A stretch of 63,886 nt of DNA, the filler included, from Acidimicrobiia bacterium (lineage in GTDB: Bacteria > Actinomycetota > Acidimicrobiia > Spongiisociales > JAHEDJ01): NCBI GenBank assembly GCA_029210695.1. It is 3 parts of 3 records of this genome, joined end to end, with 100 filler letters (N's around TTAATTAATTAA, not from the genome) between each part and the next. Parts side by side here need not be neighbours in the genome. Positions count along the whole stretch, not along the records: positions 1 to 23,627 come from JARGFH010000054.1; 2 more parts are not named here. The stretch is one strand, 5' to 3'. A program made the position numbers and the translations under genes. Below the pieces are notes generated by a model that did no database searches, was not told the origin of the DNA, and saw only the letters and a program-made list of their open reading frames with translations. Below are positions 1-9,602 of this stretch, piece after piece (the stretch's first letter is position 1; each line of letters starts with the position of its first letter).

Positions 1-70
1 CAATCCGGCCCACCCGACCCCGATTCAACCCCCAAAACCACCACCAGCCAACCGAATCGGTGGATCCAGG
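1..70. mobile_element. Possible right end of an IS (IS1380-like terminus ...GGTGGATCCAGG)
   Basis: C/A-skewed non-coding tract ending in GTGGATCCAGG followed by CTAAG, at the start of the window. Resembles IS1380-family ends as I remember them; no transposase in the window. Confidence 0.35.
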
Positions 71-244
71 CTAAGGGAGAGGGGACCTCGGATACCGCCC
101 ACCTCGGTCAAACCTTATCTGTCTTATCGCGCCAACGCATAAAAACCCGCTCAGTCATCCGCGGAGTAGTCTCAGCGCGTACGTGGCAATAACAGGGGAA
201 CCATCCCGGCGGCTATGGATGACGATGAACCCGAGGGAGGCGAC

Positions 245-1441
245 ATGAAGCGCCTGATAGCCATCGTTGCGGTGAGCCTGGTGGCGGGTGCGTGCGGATC
301 TACTGCACCGACGACCTCCACGGTCGCACCGGCGGAGACCCCGACCACCACATCGACAACTCCCGGCCCGACCACCACCCTCGCCCCGATCGTGGCGGAT
401 GAAACTGCCCCGTGGTTCGGTTCGTCGCTGGCCGCCGGCGCAGTTGACCCGGTGCTGGTCGAGCAATGGAGCAATGCAGACAACCGGGGATGGTGCTCGG
501 CGCTCTTTCCTGCCGACGTGAACACGGTGACAGCCGACGGCCGTATCCGTTCGGCGAACTTCGGTGGTGGCTGGGCAGTCGCCTGGGACCGCGACGGTGG
601 CCCGGGGCGCGAGCCGACGGGTACTTACTGCTCCGACTGCGGGCGGGGAGCGTTCGGCATTGCCGGGACGGGGTTGCGAGCGATCGGCGACGAAGCTTCC
701 GCAGCTGCCGGTTCCCTCACCTGGTCCGACGGGAGTATCGGTGGGTTTGGACCCGAAGGGGGCGTCGATGCCCTGGACGGCGCTCCGATTCTGATGAACC
801 TGCTCATCGCCGGTGAGGGATGCGTATACAACGTCTGGTCGTTCCTAGGCGAGGAGCACCTGCTGTCGCTGACCAGAGACCTGCGCTTCGTGGAAACCCT
901 GCGTGGAGAACCAACGCTGTGGCTCAGCGAACTGCCCCCGACAGATGTCGTTGCTCTCGGCTCCCCCCCATGGGATGAGGCACCGCTGCCCCGATCGGCC
1001 CTGCCGGAAGCCGCCTACCTCGAATGGGAGGGCGAAGCCGGCGCACCGGCCGGTTGCCCCCTCCTCTATTTCGCCGACCTTGGTGCTGCGGAGGGGGCTT
1101 CCATCAGGCGAGCTGCCAACGAGGGTGAGATGCTGGTCGCCTGGGATCTCCCATCAGGACCCGGACATGAGCCTTCCGGCGAACCGTGCGAGGACTGCGG
1201 GCGCGGAGTGATCGGGTTGGGAACCTTCCAGACCAGCATCCGGGGTAGCGGCCTTCCGGCTGCCTACCAATGGGACGACGGCAGCATCGGCTGGACGTTT
1301 GCCGAACCGTACTCGTATGGCGTTGAAGCGACGGTCAAGGTCGCCGACTTCGATTGCAGCTACTGGCTCTGGTCACACCTGGGTAAGGAGCACCTGGAAT
1401 ACCTGATGGGGCAGCTCCGCAGGGTCGAGGGACTTCCCTAA
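245..1441 (+). CDS. Lipoprotein of unknown function with two tandem Cys-containing repeat domains
   Basis: GAGGGAGG RBS before ATG 245; signal peptide with AGA-C lipobox; Thr/Pro linker; duplicated motifs CxDCGRG, WxDGSIG, CxYxxWSxLGxEHL. Confidence 0.8.
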   Translation: MKRLIAIVAVSLVAGACGSTAPTTSTVAPAETPTTTSTTPGPTTTLAPIVADETAPWFGSSLAAGAVDPVLVEQWSNADNRGWCSALFPADVNTVTADGRIRSANFGGGWAVAWDRDGGPGREPTGTYCSDCGRGAFGIAGTGLRAIGDEASAAAGSLTWSDGSIGGFGPEGGVDALDGAPILMNLLIAGEGCVYNVWSFLGEEHLLSLTRDLRFVETLRGEPTLWLSELPPTDVVALGSPPWDEAPLPRSALPEAAYLEWEGEAGAPAGCPLLYFADLGAAEGASIRRAANEGEMLVAWDLPSGPGHEPSGEPCEDCGRGVIGLGTFQTSIRGSGLPAAYQWDDGSIGWTFAEPYSYGVEATVKVADFDCSYWLWSHLGKEHLEYLMGQLRRVEGLP

Positions 1442-1866
1442 TCGACGTCGGGTTTGCCGCGCAACCGTTTCGTCTGTGCCCTCCGCCGCTTTGACTCGAG
1501 CCGCCGCCGCCTGGCCGCCTTGGATGGTTTGGTGGCGCGCCGCTCCGGCGCAGGTGGCCGGGCGGATTCGCCGAGGAGGACGGAGAGACGCCGTCTGGCA
1601 AGCTGACGGTTTCTCCATTGTGAGCGAGTCTCGTCGGCGACCACGATCAGCGCTCCGCCGACGAGCCGGTGCTCGAGCCGTTCGATCATCCGCTGTTTGA
1701 GTGCGTCATCGATGGAAGCGGTGGCGACGAGGTCGAAGCGCAGTTCCGCCCGCGTGTTCGATCGATTGGCATGCTGGCCGCCTGGTCCACCGGAGGGTGT
1801 GAACGTCCAGTTCAACTCGTCGTTCGGGATGACGATCTGCGCGTTGACGACCAGATCGTCGCTCAC
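1438..1866 (-). CDS. arfB: Alternative ribosome rescue peptidyl-tRNA hydrolase ArfB
   Basis: SGGPGGQHAN (GGQ) motif, RSQxRNR, basic C-terminal tail; 142 aa. Confidence 0.92.
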   Translation of the reverse strand: MSDDLVVNAQIVIPNDELNWTFTPSGGPGGQHANRSNTRAELRFDLVATASIDDALKQRMIERLEHRLVGGALIVVADETRSQWRNRQLARRRLSVLLGESARPPAPERRATKPSKAARRRRLESKRRRAQTKRLRGKPDVD

Positions 1867-3296
1867 GTCGACTGCCGATCCTCAATAAACGCCCGGACAA
1901 CCTCGCTCCTGGCCACCTTGCCGAGCGAGTTGTGGGGCAACTCGTCGGTGAAGTGCCACTTCCTCGGCACCTTATAGCCGGCGAGATGCTGGCGAACCAG
2001 CGCCTCGAGGTTCCGGGCAGACACCTGCTCCGGGTCGGCCACCACGGCAGCCACCAGGATCTCTCCCCATTCCGGATCCGGCAGCCCGACCACCGCTGCT
2101 TCCCGCACATCGGGATGATCGAGGAGGATGTGTTCGACCTCGACCGGATGGATGTTCTCCCCCCCGCTGATGATGAGGTCGTCGCTCCTCCCCATGACTG
2201 TGAGCCGTCCTTCATCGTTGAGCCGGCCGAAATCGCCGGTTCGGAGCCACGCCGACGGCAGATGAGCAGGCTCGCCGACGTAGCCGGCCGAGACCATCGG
2301 CCCGTGAATCTCGATATGCCCCGGCTGGCCGGGCCGCAGCCGGTTGCCGGCTGCCGAGGTCACCCGCAGGTCGACCGAATCGAGGGGTGGCAGTGCGAGG
2401 CTCGGCTCGAGGCCTTCGGAAATCGGCAGGGTGGCGATTTGTGAGGTCGTCTCGGTCATGCCGTAGGTGGGCAGCACGGGCAGATGCGCACGGGCGGAAC
2501 GATCGAGCAACTCCTGGGTGGCCGGACCGCCGCCGAGCAGCACCGCCCGCACCCCCCAGTATGGCCCCGGCTCGATATCGAGGATCCTCTCCAGCATGGT
2601 GGCCACCAGAGAGGCGAGGGTCACCCTGCCCTCTCTCATCAGCAATCCGGCCCTGGCCGACTCGAAACGCGGCTCGAGTACGACGGCACTCCCCTGCCGG
2701 GCGGAGCGGACGATGATCGACCAACCTCCGACGTGAAACAGCGGGAGCACCGTCAACCAGCGATCCTCCCTGGTATGCGCCAGGTGTTTGGCAGAGGCGG
2801 CCGCCGAGGCTTCGAAGTTGCCCCGGCTGAGCTTCACGCACTTCGGTTGCCCGGTTGTGCCGGAAGTGAACATGACCATGTAGCCATCGTGGGGCGGCAT
2901 TTCGTAGCGGGGGTCGATGTTTCCTTCCGCCAGGCCGTGCAGAGGAAGGGTCTCCAGGTCGAGCGTGGGAGCATGTACCGACGACAACACCATCGTGGCG
3001 CCGGCGCGCCGGATGAGAGGTTCGACCTCTTCTTCAACCAGGCGAGTATTCAACGGCAAGACCAGCGCACCTGCCCGCGGTACGGCCAGCATCGCCACCA
3101 CCGTGTCGAGATCGTTCTCTCCCCACACGGCGACCACATCGCCACGTTGAACGCCGGAATCCCTCAACGCTCCAACGGCGCGGCATACCCGGCCCTCAAC
3201 CTCACCGAACGAATAGGTTTGGGCAGGCGTGATCAGGAACGGGTCATCCGGGGCTCGCTCCGCTGCTTGCATGAGCCAATCGGCGTATTGCTGCAT
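1863..3296 (-). CDS. menE: o-succinylbenzoate--CoA ligase
   Basis: AMP-binding motifs FTSGTTGQPK, YGMTET, TGDFG, GGENI, YKVP; lies in men cluster. Confidence 0.88.
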   Translation of the reverse strand: MQQYADWLMQAAERAPDDPFLITPAQTYSFGEVEGRVCRAVGALRDSGVQRGDVVAVWGENDLDTVVAMLAVPRAGALVLPLNTRLVEEEVEPLIRRAGATMVLSSVHAPTLDLETLPLHGLAEGNIDPRYEMPPHDGYMVMFTSGTTGQPKCVKLSRGNFEASAAASAKHLAHTREDRWLTVLPLFHVGGWSIIVRSARQGSAVVLEPRFESARAGLLMREGRVTLASLVATMLERILDIEPGPYWGVRAVLLGGGPATQELLDRSARAHLPVLPTYGMTETTSQIATLPISEGLEPSLALPPLDSVDLRVTSAAGNRLRPGQPGHIEIHGPMVSAGYVGEPAHLPSAWLRTGDFGRLNDEGRLTVMGRSDDLIISGGENIHPVEVEHILLDHPDVREAAVVGLPDPEWGEILVAAVVADPEQVSARNLEALVRQHLAGYKVPRKWHFTDELPHNSLGKVARSEVVRAFIEDRQST

Positions 3297-3338
3297 GAAG
3301 ACGTAGAGTATCGGCGCTTGGCGAGGAGATGACCAACC

Positions 3339-4217
3339 ATGGTTTCAGAACTGTTCGACACTTCAGTTTGGGCACAGGTGCCAAAGCTCGAATTCTCAGA
3401 CATCACCCTCCACCGGACCCTGGAGGGCGGGACGGTCCGCATTGCCTTTGATCGAGCCGAGGTGCGCAATGCGTTCCGGCCGCAGACGGTCGATGAGCTC
3501 CACCGGGCATTTGAGTATGCCCGGATGACACAGGAAGTCGGAACGATCCTGCTGACTGGCAACGGCCCATCGTCCAAGGACGGCGGATGGGCCTTCTGCT
3601 CGGGCGGCGACCAGCGTATCCGCGGCAAGGACGGCTACCAATACGAAGACGGTTCAACGGGTCCGGGCCGATTGCACATCCTCGAAATACAGCGGCTGAT
3701 CCGCTTCATGCCGAAGGTGGTGATCGCAGTAGTTCCGGGATGGGCGGTTGGTGGTGGCCATTCGCTGCACGTGGTGTGCGACCTGACGATCGCCAGTCGC
3801 GAACACGCCGTCTTCAAACAAACCGACGCGGATGTCGCTTCCTTCGACGCCGGGTTCGGCTCTGCCTACCTCGCCCGCCAGGTCGGACAGAAACGGGCTC
3901 GCGAGATCTTTTTCCTCGGGCGGGACTACTCGGCCGACGAAGCCGTGGCCATGGGCATGGCGAATGCCTCGGTGCCCCATGCGCAACTCGAACAAGTCGC
4001 ACTCGAATGGGCGGAGGAGATCAACGCCAAGAGCCCGACCGCCATCATGATGTTGAAATATGCCTTCAACCTGCCGGATGACGGTCTCGTCGGCCAGCAA
4101 CTGTTTGCCGGTGAAGCAACCCGGCTGGCGTACGGCACCACCGAAGCACGCGAGGGTCGGGACGCCTTCCTCGAGAAGCGGAACCCGGACTACTCGAAGT
4201 TCCCAAGACACTTCTGA
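3339..4217 (+). CDS. menB: 1,4-dihydroxy-2-naphthoyl-CoA synthase (type II, QTD Asp variant)
   Basis: VRNAFRP, FCSGGDQRIRG, GGGHSLHVVCD, FKQTDADVASFD motifs. Confidence 0.96.
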   Translation: MVSELFDTSVWAQVPKLEFSDITLHRTLEGGTVRIAFDRAEVRNAFRPQTVDELHRAFEYARMTQEVGTILLTGNGPSSKDGGWAFCSGGDQRIRGKDGYQYEDGSTGPGRLHILEIQRLIRFMPKVVIAVVPGWAVGGGHSLHVVCDLTIASREHAVFKQTDADVASFDAGFGSAYLARQVGQKRAREIFFLGRDYSADEAVAMGMANASVPHAQLEQVALEWAEEINAKSPTAIMMLKYAFNLPDDGLVGQQLFAGEATRLAYGTTEAREGRDAFLEKRNPDYSKFPRHF

Positions 4218-5104
4218 TGGATCGGCGTCGAGCGTGGTGGCAAGCCGGGCGGCCCCACACCCTCCCTGCCGCGGCCACCCCGGTGCTGGTGGGAGCCGGC
4301 CTGGCGGCCGGCGATGGAGCGTTCCGCTGGGGACCGTTCTTCGCCGCCATGCTGGGGGCTCTGGCAATTCAAGTGGCAGCCAACTTCACCAACGATCTTT
4401 CCGACGCCCGCAAAGGGGCCGACACCGACCAGCGCATCGGTCCGCAGCGGATGGTCGCCACCGGGATCATCTCCGAGCGAGCGATGCTTTCGGCAACCGT
4501 GGCGGCCTTTGTCGTGGCCTCGGCGGCCGGCGTCTATCTGATCATCGAGGCGGGGTGGGTCATCGCTCTGGTCGGCCTCCTTTCGATCCTGGCCACCATC
4601 GGATACGTTGGTGGCCCACGACCCTACGGGTACCGGGGCCTGGGTGAGGTGTTCGTGTTCGTGTTCTTCGGACTCGTCGCCACCGTCGGAAGTCGCTACG
4701 TCCACGATCGGACCGCTCCGCTCGACGCCTGGTTGCTCGCCATCCCGATCGGCTTTCTCGTCACCGCCATCCTCGTCGCCAACAACGTGCGAGACATCGA
4801 GACGGATGAAGCAACCGGCAAACGGACGCTGGCCGTGATTCTCGGGCGGGCCCGCACGAGGACCCTGTTTGCCCTGCTGGTGTTCGGATCGTTCGTTGCC
4901 ATCGCATTGTTCGGTTTGGCCGGATGGACCGCCGCCCCGACCATGCTGGCGGTCTTCCTGGCGCCGTTCAGCGCCGCCCTGGTCAGGACGGTGTACACCA
5001 GAACGGAAGGCCCCGCCCTCATCCGTGTGCTCAAAGGCACCGCCCGCTTGCACCTCCTGGTCGGTCTGGTGCTGGCAGCCGGGGCAGCTGTAGGAACGGC
5101 CTAG
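4217..5104 (+). CDS. menA: 1,4-dihydroxy-2-naphthoate polyprenyltransferase
   Basis: RPHTL, NFTNDLSDARKGAD, NNVRDIETD...GKRTLAV motifs; multiple TM helices; coupled to menB. Confidence 0.93.
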   Translation: MDRRRAWWQAGRPHTLPAAATPVLVGAGLAAGDGAFRWGPFFAAMLGALAIQVAANFTNDLSDARKGADTDQRIGPQRMVATGIISERAMLSATVAAFVVASAAGVYLIIEAGWVIALVGLLSILATIGYVGGPRPYGYRGLGEVFVFVFFGLVATVGSRYVHDRTAPLDAWLLAIPIGFLVTAILVANNVRDIETDEATGKRTLAVILGRARTRTLFALLVFGSFVAIALFGLAGWTAAPTMLAVFLAPFSAALVRTVYTRTEGPALIRVLKGTARLHLLVGLVLAAGAAVGTA

Positions 5105-5159
5105 GCATACACCTCCTGCCTGCTTTAGTGTGGCGTCGAAACCACCGGGAGGAACTGCG

Positions 5160-5681
5160 TTGGCTTCGGATCTGGAACATCTCATCGCCCGCAACGAGCA
5201 GTGGGCGGAGAAGTTCGACAAGGGCGATCTGCCCATCAAAGCGAACCTGCCCGTCGCGATTCTGAGCTGCATCGACCCCCGCACCTCCCCGGTGCATTTC
5301 TTCGGCCTCGACGTCGGCGACGCCCTCATCATGCGCACCGTAGGCGGGAGGGTCACGGAATCGGTCGAAGCCGAACTTGCCGTACTCTGGTTCTTGATGG
5401 GAAGACTTGCCGGCCGTGAGCCGGTGCTGAGCCTGGCCGTAATACATCACACGGATTGCGGGATGCAGAAGATTGCCGGCGACGAGGCAAGAGCGGCACT
5501 CACCGAGCAACTGGGGACGGACCGCTACAGCACCCTCTACCCCGCTCCGGACCCCGAGATCAGCGTTCGCACCGACGTCGAACGCCTGCGGACCTCGCCA
5601 ATGGTGCCGGCTGCGTTGACGGTCACCGGTCACGTATACGACGTGCATTCAGGAGTCCTGCACACCATCGTTGGTACTTGA
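5160..5681 (+). CDS. Beta-class carbonic anhydrase (small, clade D-like)
   Basis: CIDPR and HHTDCG zinc-ligand motifs, GGRV; GGAGGA RBS before TTG 5160. Confidence 0.85.
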   Translation: MASDLEHLIARNEQWAEKFDKGDLPIKANLPVAILSCIDPRTSPVHFFGLDVGDALIMRTVGGRVTESVEAELAVLWFLMGRLAGREPVLSLAVIHHTDCGMQKIAGDEARAALTEQLGTDRYSTLYPAPDPEISVRTDVERLRTSPMVPAALTVTGHVYDVHSGVLHTIVGT

Positions 5682-5687
5682 GCCGGA

Positions 5688-6491
5688 TCAGACCGGCCCG
5701 GGAGGGTTTCTCAAGAACTTTCGGACCAGGGCACCGACGGCTGCCGGAACCTCGCCGATGAGGCTATGCCCGGCGCCGGCGATGACCTCGAACCGACCGT
5801 CTTGCACGGTGGCGGCCATCCGGTTCGCCGCCTCGCAGTAGCGGGCATCGTTTTCCCCGGCGATGAACAGCACAGGCAGTTCGATGCCGGCGATCGCCTC
5901 CCCGACGTAGTCCTGCACCCCCTGCCCCATCCCGCGCAGCGCCGCAGCCAGTCCCGCCGCGGTGTTCTCCATGCGTCGCGCTCGATCGAGTTCCTGCCAC
6001 CAGGTGGACCTCCGGCGAAGGCCGGCGAACATGGGGAGGTCCAGCCACTCGGTGAGGAAGGTCGCCAGACCGACGCGTTCGATCAGTGCGGCCAGCTCGT
6101 CGTCGGCCAGGCGCCTCGCCTCTCTTTCATCGCGATCAGCCACGCCGGGCGACGTGGAGACGAGCACCAGGCGGCTGATGAGTTCGGGTCGGGTGAGCGC
6201 CAGGTGGAGTGCAACCCGACCACCCTGTGAGTAGCCGACAACTAGTTTGGGGGAGCCGGTTGCTTCGATAACGGCCGCGATTGCGGATTCTGCGGCGCTC
6301 AGCGAGACCGGATCTGCGATGGTTAGTCCATGACCCGGCAAATCGGGGGCAATGAGCGGGCCGACGAAGGTGGCGAGTTCCTCGAAGGATCCGCCGTGCT
6401 GGGAAAAGCCGTGCAATGCGACGATCGGGGCCGGTCCGGCACCAAAGCGCCGGACGTTCACCATCCCGTTCTCGAACGCCAATGTCTCCAC
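5688..6491 (-). CDS. menH: 2-succinyl-6-hydroxy-2,4-cyclohexadiene-1-carboxylate synthase (alpha/beta hydrolase)
   Basis: LHGF, DLPGHG, GYSQGGR, AGH motifs; men cluster; GTG start chosen to avoid overlap with menD. Confidence 0.85.
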   Translation of the reverse strand: METLAFENGMVNVRRFGAGPAPIVALHGFSQHGGSFEELATFVGPLIAPDLPGHGLTIADPVSLSAAESAIAAVIEATGSPKLVVGYSQGGRVALHLALTRPELISRLVLVSTSPGVADRDEREARRLADDELAALIERVGLATFLTEWLDLPMFAGLRRRSTWWQELDRARRMENTAAGLAAALRGMGQGVQDYVGEAIAGIELPVLFIAGENDARYCEAANRMAATVQDGRFEVIAGAGHSLIGEVPAAVGALVRKFLRNPPGPV

Positions 6492-6513
6492 CGGGGGTAG
6501 TCTGGCCGTCCTG

Positions 6514-8220
6514 ATGCGCACTTCCAACCGCAACTATGCAGCCACTGTGCCTTTCGTCGAAGCCCTGGTCCAACTCGGCCTCCAGCACGTGGCGATAACG
6601 CCGGGGTCGCGGAACACCCCGCTGGCATACGCGTTCGCCGATCATGAGGGAATCGAGGATTCGTCTCATCACGATGAACGCTCGGCGGCTTTTTTCGCAC
6701 TGGGAATGGCCAGGGTTACACAGCGGCCGGTAGCGTTGGTCTGCACCTCCGGCACCGCCGCTGCTGAGTACTTGCCGGCCATCGTCGAGGGCCGCAACGC
6801 CCGCATACCCCTCATTGTGATGACGGCCGACCGCCCGCCGGAAACACGCGACGTCGGCGCCCCGCAAACGATCGACCAGCACGGAATGTACGGCCGGGCC
6901 GTCAAGTGGTCGTACGAGGCGCCCATCCCCGAAGCACGCCGGGAAATCATCGCCGCTTACACGGCGCTGGCCGGCCGGGTCTGGTCGGCCGCCCTGGAAG
7001 TCCCGATGGGACCGGTCCACTTGAATCTCCCGTTCCGTGAACCGCTGGCTCCCGTGCACATTCCCGGCGAGGTTCCGTCGGATCTCCCTCCGCCGCGAAT
7101 GCCGTCGTTTTCTCCGGCACCGCCGGTGGCGCCGAGTGCGGAGTTAGTCGAGCAGATTTTCCGATCGATCCAGTCCGGCCGGACGATGATCATCGCCGGG
7201 CCCAATGATGATCCGGCTTTCGCGAAACCCGCCGCAGATCTGGCCATGAAGGCGCGGCTACCCGTGATCGCCGACCCGCTGTCCGGGCTCCGGGCCGGTT
7301 CCCACCATCTCGCCAACGTGATCACGACCGGTGATTGGCTCGCCAGACGGGGCGACCTGGACGGCCAATTGAGGCCGGATTTCATCATCAGGTTCGGGGC
7401 GCCGCCAACGTCGAAGGCGCTGACCACATGGATGGCCGACCAGGCGGACATCGAACAGGTGCTGTTCGATGAGGCAGGGTGGCGTGATCCGGGAGCATCT
7501 GCGGCACAACTGATTCGCAGCGACTCCGCCACCGCGGCAACCGTCCTGGCGGCGCGCATGAATGAACCGGGAACGGAAGCCTGGGTCGAGCAGTGGCGCC
7601 ATGCCGAAGCCTCGATCGATATGCAACTCGACGTCCCGTTTCCTTCCGAGCCTGCGATCGGGCGAGCGCTCCACGATCATCTGCCCGACGGGTCCGCCCT
7701 CTTCGTCGCTTCATCGATGCCGATCAGGGTCCTCGATGCCTATTTCCGAACGGTCGAACGCGACATTTCGATCTACGGCAACCGGGGAGCGAACGGCATC
7801 GACGGCCTGCTCTCGTCTGCACTTGGAGCGGCGGTTGGATCGGGTCGACCGACCTACGTGTATCTCGGCGACATCTCCTTCCTCCACGATCTCACCGCGC
7901 TGGCCACCATCGTCCGGATGAACGTTCCCCTCACGGTGCTGTTGGCCAACAACAACGGCGGCGGAATTTTCAATCTCTTGCCGCAAGCCGAGTTCACCGA
8001 GTACTTCGAGCGGCACCTCGGCACACCGCACGGCCTCGACTTCGGCAAGATCGCGGACGCCTTCGGCCTCGACCATCAGATTCCGCAGACGTCCGGCGAA
8101 CTCGGAGCATCGATCGCCACACCTGCCTCCACTGCCCGTGTCATCGAGGTGCAGACAGACCGGACCGAGAGCGCCGACCTCATCCGCTCGATGTGGAAGA
8201 AGGTTGCGGATAGCGCCTGA
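6514..8220 (+). CDS. menD: SEPHCHC synthase (ThDP-dependent)
   Basis: PGSRNTPL, DERSAAFFALG, CTSGTAAA, NRGANGIDG, GDISFLHD, NNNGGGIF motifs. Confidence 0.96.
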   Translation: MRTSNRNYAATVPFVEALVQLGLQHVAITPGSRNTPLAYAFADHEGIEDSSHHDERSAAFFALGMARVTQRPVALVCTSGTAAAEYLPAIVEGRNARIPLIVMTADRPPETRDVGAPQTIDQHGMYGRAVKWSYEAPIPEARREIIAAYTALAGRVWSAALEVPMGPVHLNLPFREPLAPVHIPGEVPSDLPPPRMPSFSPAPPVAPSAELVEQIFRSIQSGRTMIIAGPNDDPAFAKPAADLAMKARLPVIADPLSGLRAGSHHLANVITTGDWLARRGDLDGQLRPDFIIRFGAPPTSKALTTWMADQADIEQVLFDEAGWRDPGASAAQLIRSDSATAATVLAARMNEPGTEAWVEQWRHAEASIDMQLDVPFPSEPAIGRALHDHLPDGSALFVASSMPIRVLDAYFRTVERDISIYGNRGANGIDGLLSSALGAAVGSGRPTYVYLGDISFLHDLTALATIVRMNVPLTVLLANNNGGGIFNLLPQAEFTEYFERHLGTPHGLDFGKIADAFGLDHQIPQTSGELGASIATPASTARVIEVQTDRTESADLIRSMWKKVADSA

Positions 8221-8248
8221 GGCGTACGCCGACGGGGTCGGCCGGGTT

Positions 8249-9559
8249 TCACGCCTCAGTGAGGAGAGAGAGCATCGGGCCGAACTTGAGTCGCGTTTCT
8301 TCGAGCTCTGACTGGGGGTCCGAACCTGCCACTATGCCGGCGCCGGCAAACATCCGGGCGGTCGCCCCTCGCACGAGAGCACATCGCAATGCCACTGCGA
8401 CTTCGCCGTCTCCGTCCGAATCGATCCAGCCGATGCCGCCTGAATACCAGCCTCGATCGATCCGCTCCAGCTTGCCGATCATGGCGACCGCTTCGTCCTT
8501 CGGTGACCCGCCGACGGCAGGCGTCGGATGCATGGTTTCGACGACGTCGAGAATGCCCAGATCCGATCGCAGGCCGCCCTGGATGCGCGTTGACAGGTGC
8601 TGCACGTTGGCCATCCGGCGCAGCATCGGTGTGGTCGGAACCGAGAGATCCGACATCAATGGGCGTAGCCTGGTCGCAATGTCGTCGATCACGATCCGGT
8701 GCTCGAGCCGGTTTTTGGCGCTCGCCATCAGCGCCTCCCCCAGTGCCCGGTCTTCGTCCTCACCTGCGCCGCGTGAGGTCGTTCCGGCCAACGGCTCCGA
8801 GGTCACCAGTGAATCACGCACGGATGCCAGCAGCTCCGGCGAGGCGCCCACAAACGCGTCATCTCCGGCCTCCCACGCGTAGGCGAAGCACCCCGGATAT
8901 CCCAGGCGGAGCCTGGCCGCGAGATCAAACGGATCCGCCGTCACATCTGAGGTGACCAGTACGGACCGGGCGAGCACCACTTTCTCGACGGCACCTGCCT
9001 GGATCGCGGCCAGAGCTTCCTCGACCGCCTCCACCCACTCACCGGGAGCCGGGACCGATTCGATGGTCCGGTCGGCGGCATGGCGACGGGACATCGGAAC
9101 AGGTCGTCGGAGACTCCGCAAAAGAGCGAACACCCCGGACGAGTCACCGTCTTGCACGGCGACGATGAGCTTCGTCGATTCACCTTCCCGCACAACAGTG
9201 GCCGCCGGGAGCACGAGCCGGGTCGGACCGAACCGTTGCCACTCCTCGCTGTGGGGGCCGTCCGCTTCGAACGAGTACCCCAGCACGAATCTGGCGCCGG
9301 GGAGGTCGGGTAGTTGCGGGGCCAGTCGCCGCAATCTGCCTTCTCCCGATGAAGCGCCTGCCTCCCACGCCGATCCAACGGCACCCACCTCGACACCGCC
9401 GGGCCGGCCGAAGTAGACCGCCAGCCCGACGAGATGGTGAGCAGCTCTCACGAACACGAGCGGGTCGATATCGAAATCGACAGACGCGACAGTCCACGAG
9501 GCATCGCCATCGTCCAGCGCGGCTTCCAGTTCGGCGAGAATCGGTTCGGGAATCAACAC
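8249..9559 (-). CDS. menF: Isochorismate synthase
   Basis: KVVLAR, GASPELL, LAGT, KNRLEH, HPTPAVGG, AGAGIV, EETRLK chorismate-binding motifs. Confidence 0.9.
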   Translation of the reverse strand: MLIPEPILAELEAALDDGDASWTVASVDFDIDPLVFVRAAHHLVGLAVYFGRPGGVEVGAVGSAWEAGASSGEGRLRRLAPQLPDLPGARFVLGYSFEADGPHSEEWQRFGPTRLVLPAATVVREGESTKLIVAVQDGDSSGVFALLRSLRRPVPMSRRHAADRTIESVPAPGEWVEAVEEALAAIQAGAVEKVVLARSVLVTSDVTADPFDLAARLRLGYPGCFAYAWEAGDDAFVGASPELLASVRDSLVTSEPLAGTTSRGAGEDEDRALGEALMASAKNRLEHRIVIDDIATRLRPLMSDLSVPTTPMLRRMANVQHLSTRIQGGLRSDLGILDVVETMHPTPAVGGSPKDEAVAMIGKLERIDRGWYSGGIGWIDSDGDGEVAVALRCALVRGATARMFAGAGIVAGSDPQSELEETRLKFGPMLSLLTEA

Positions 9560-9602
9560 AGTCCAAAGATTCTACGTTCGTTCCGGCACCACGAGAACCC
9601 GA

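Noticed and set aside
3339..5681. Carbonic anhydrase supplying bicarbonate cofactor to MenB
   Set aside because: This MenB has QTD (Asp) at the site where bicarbonate-dependent type I enzymes have Gly, so it should be bicarbonate-independent.
6352..6533. Apparent overlap of menH and menD ORFs
   Set aside because: Artefact of longest-ORF calling; starts at 6491 and 6514 remove the overlap.
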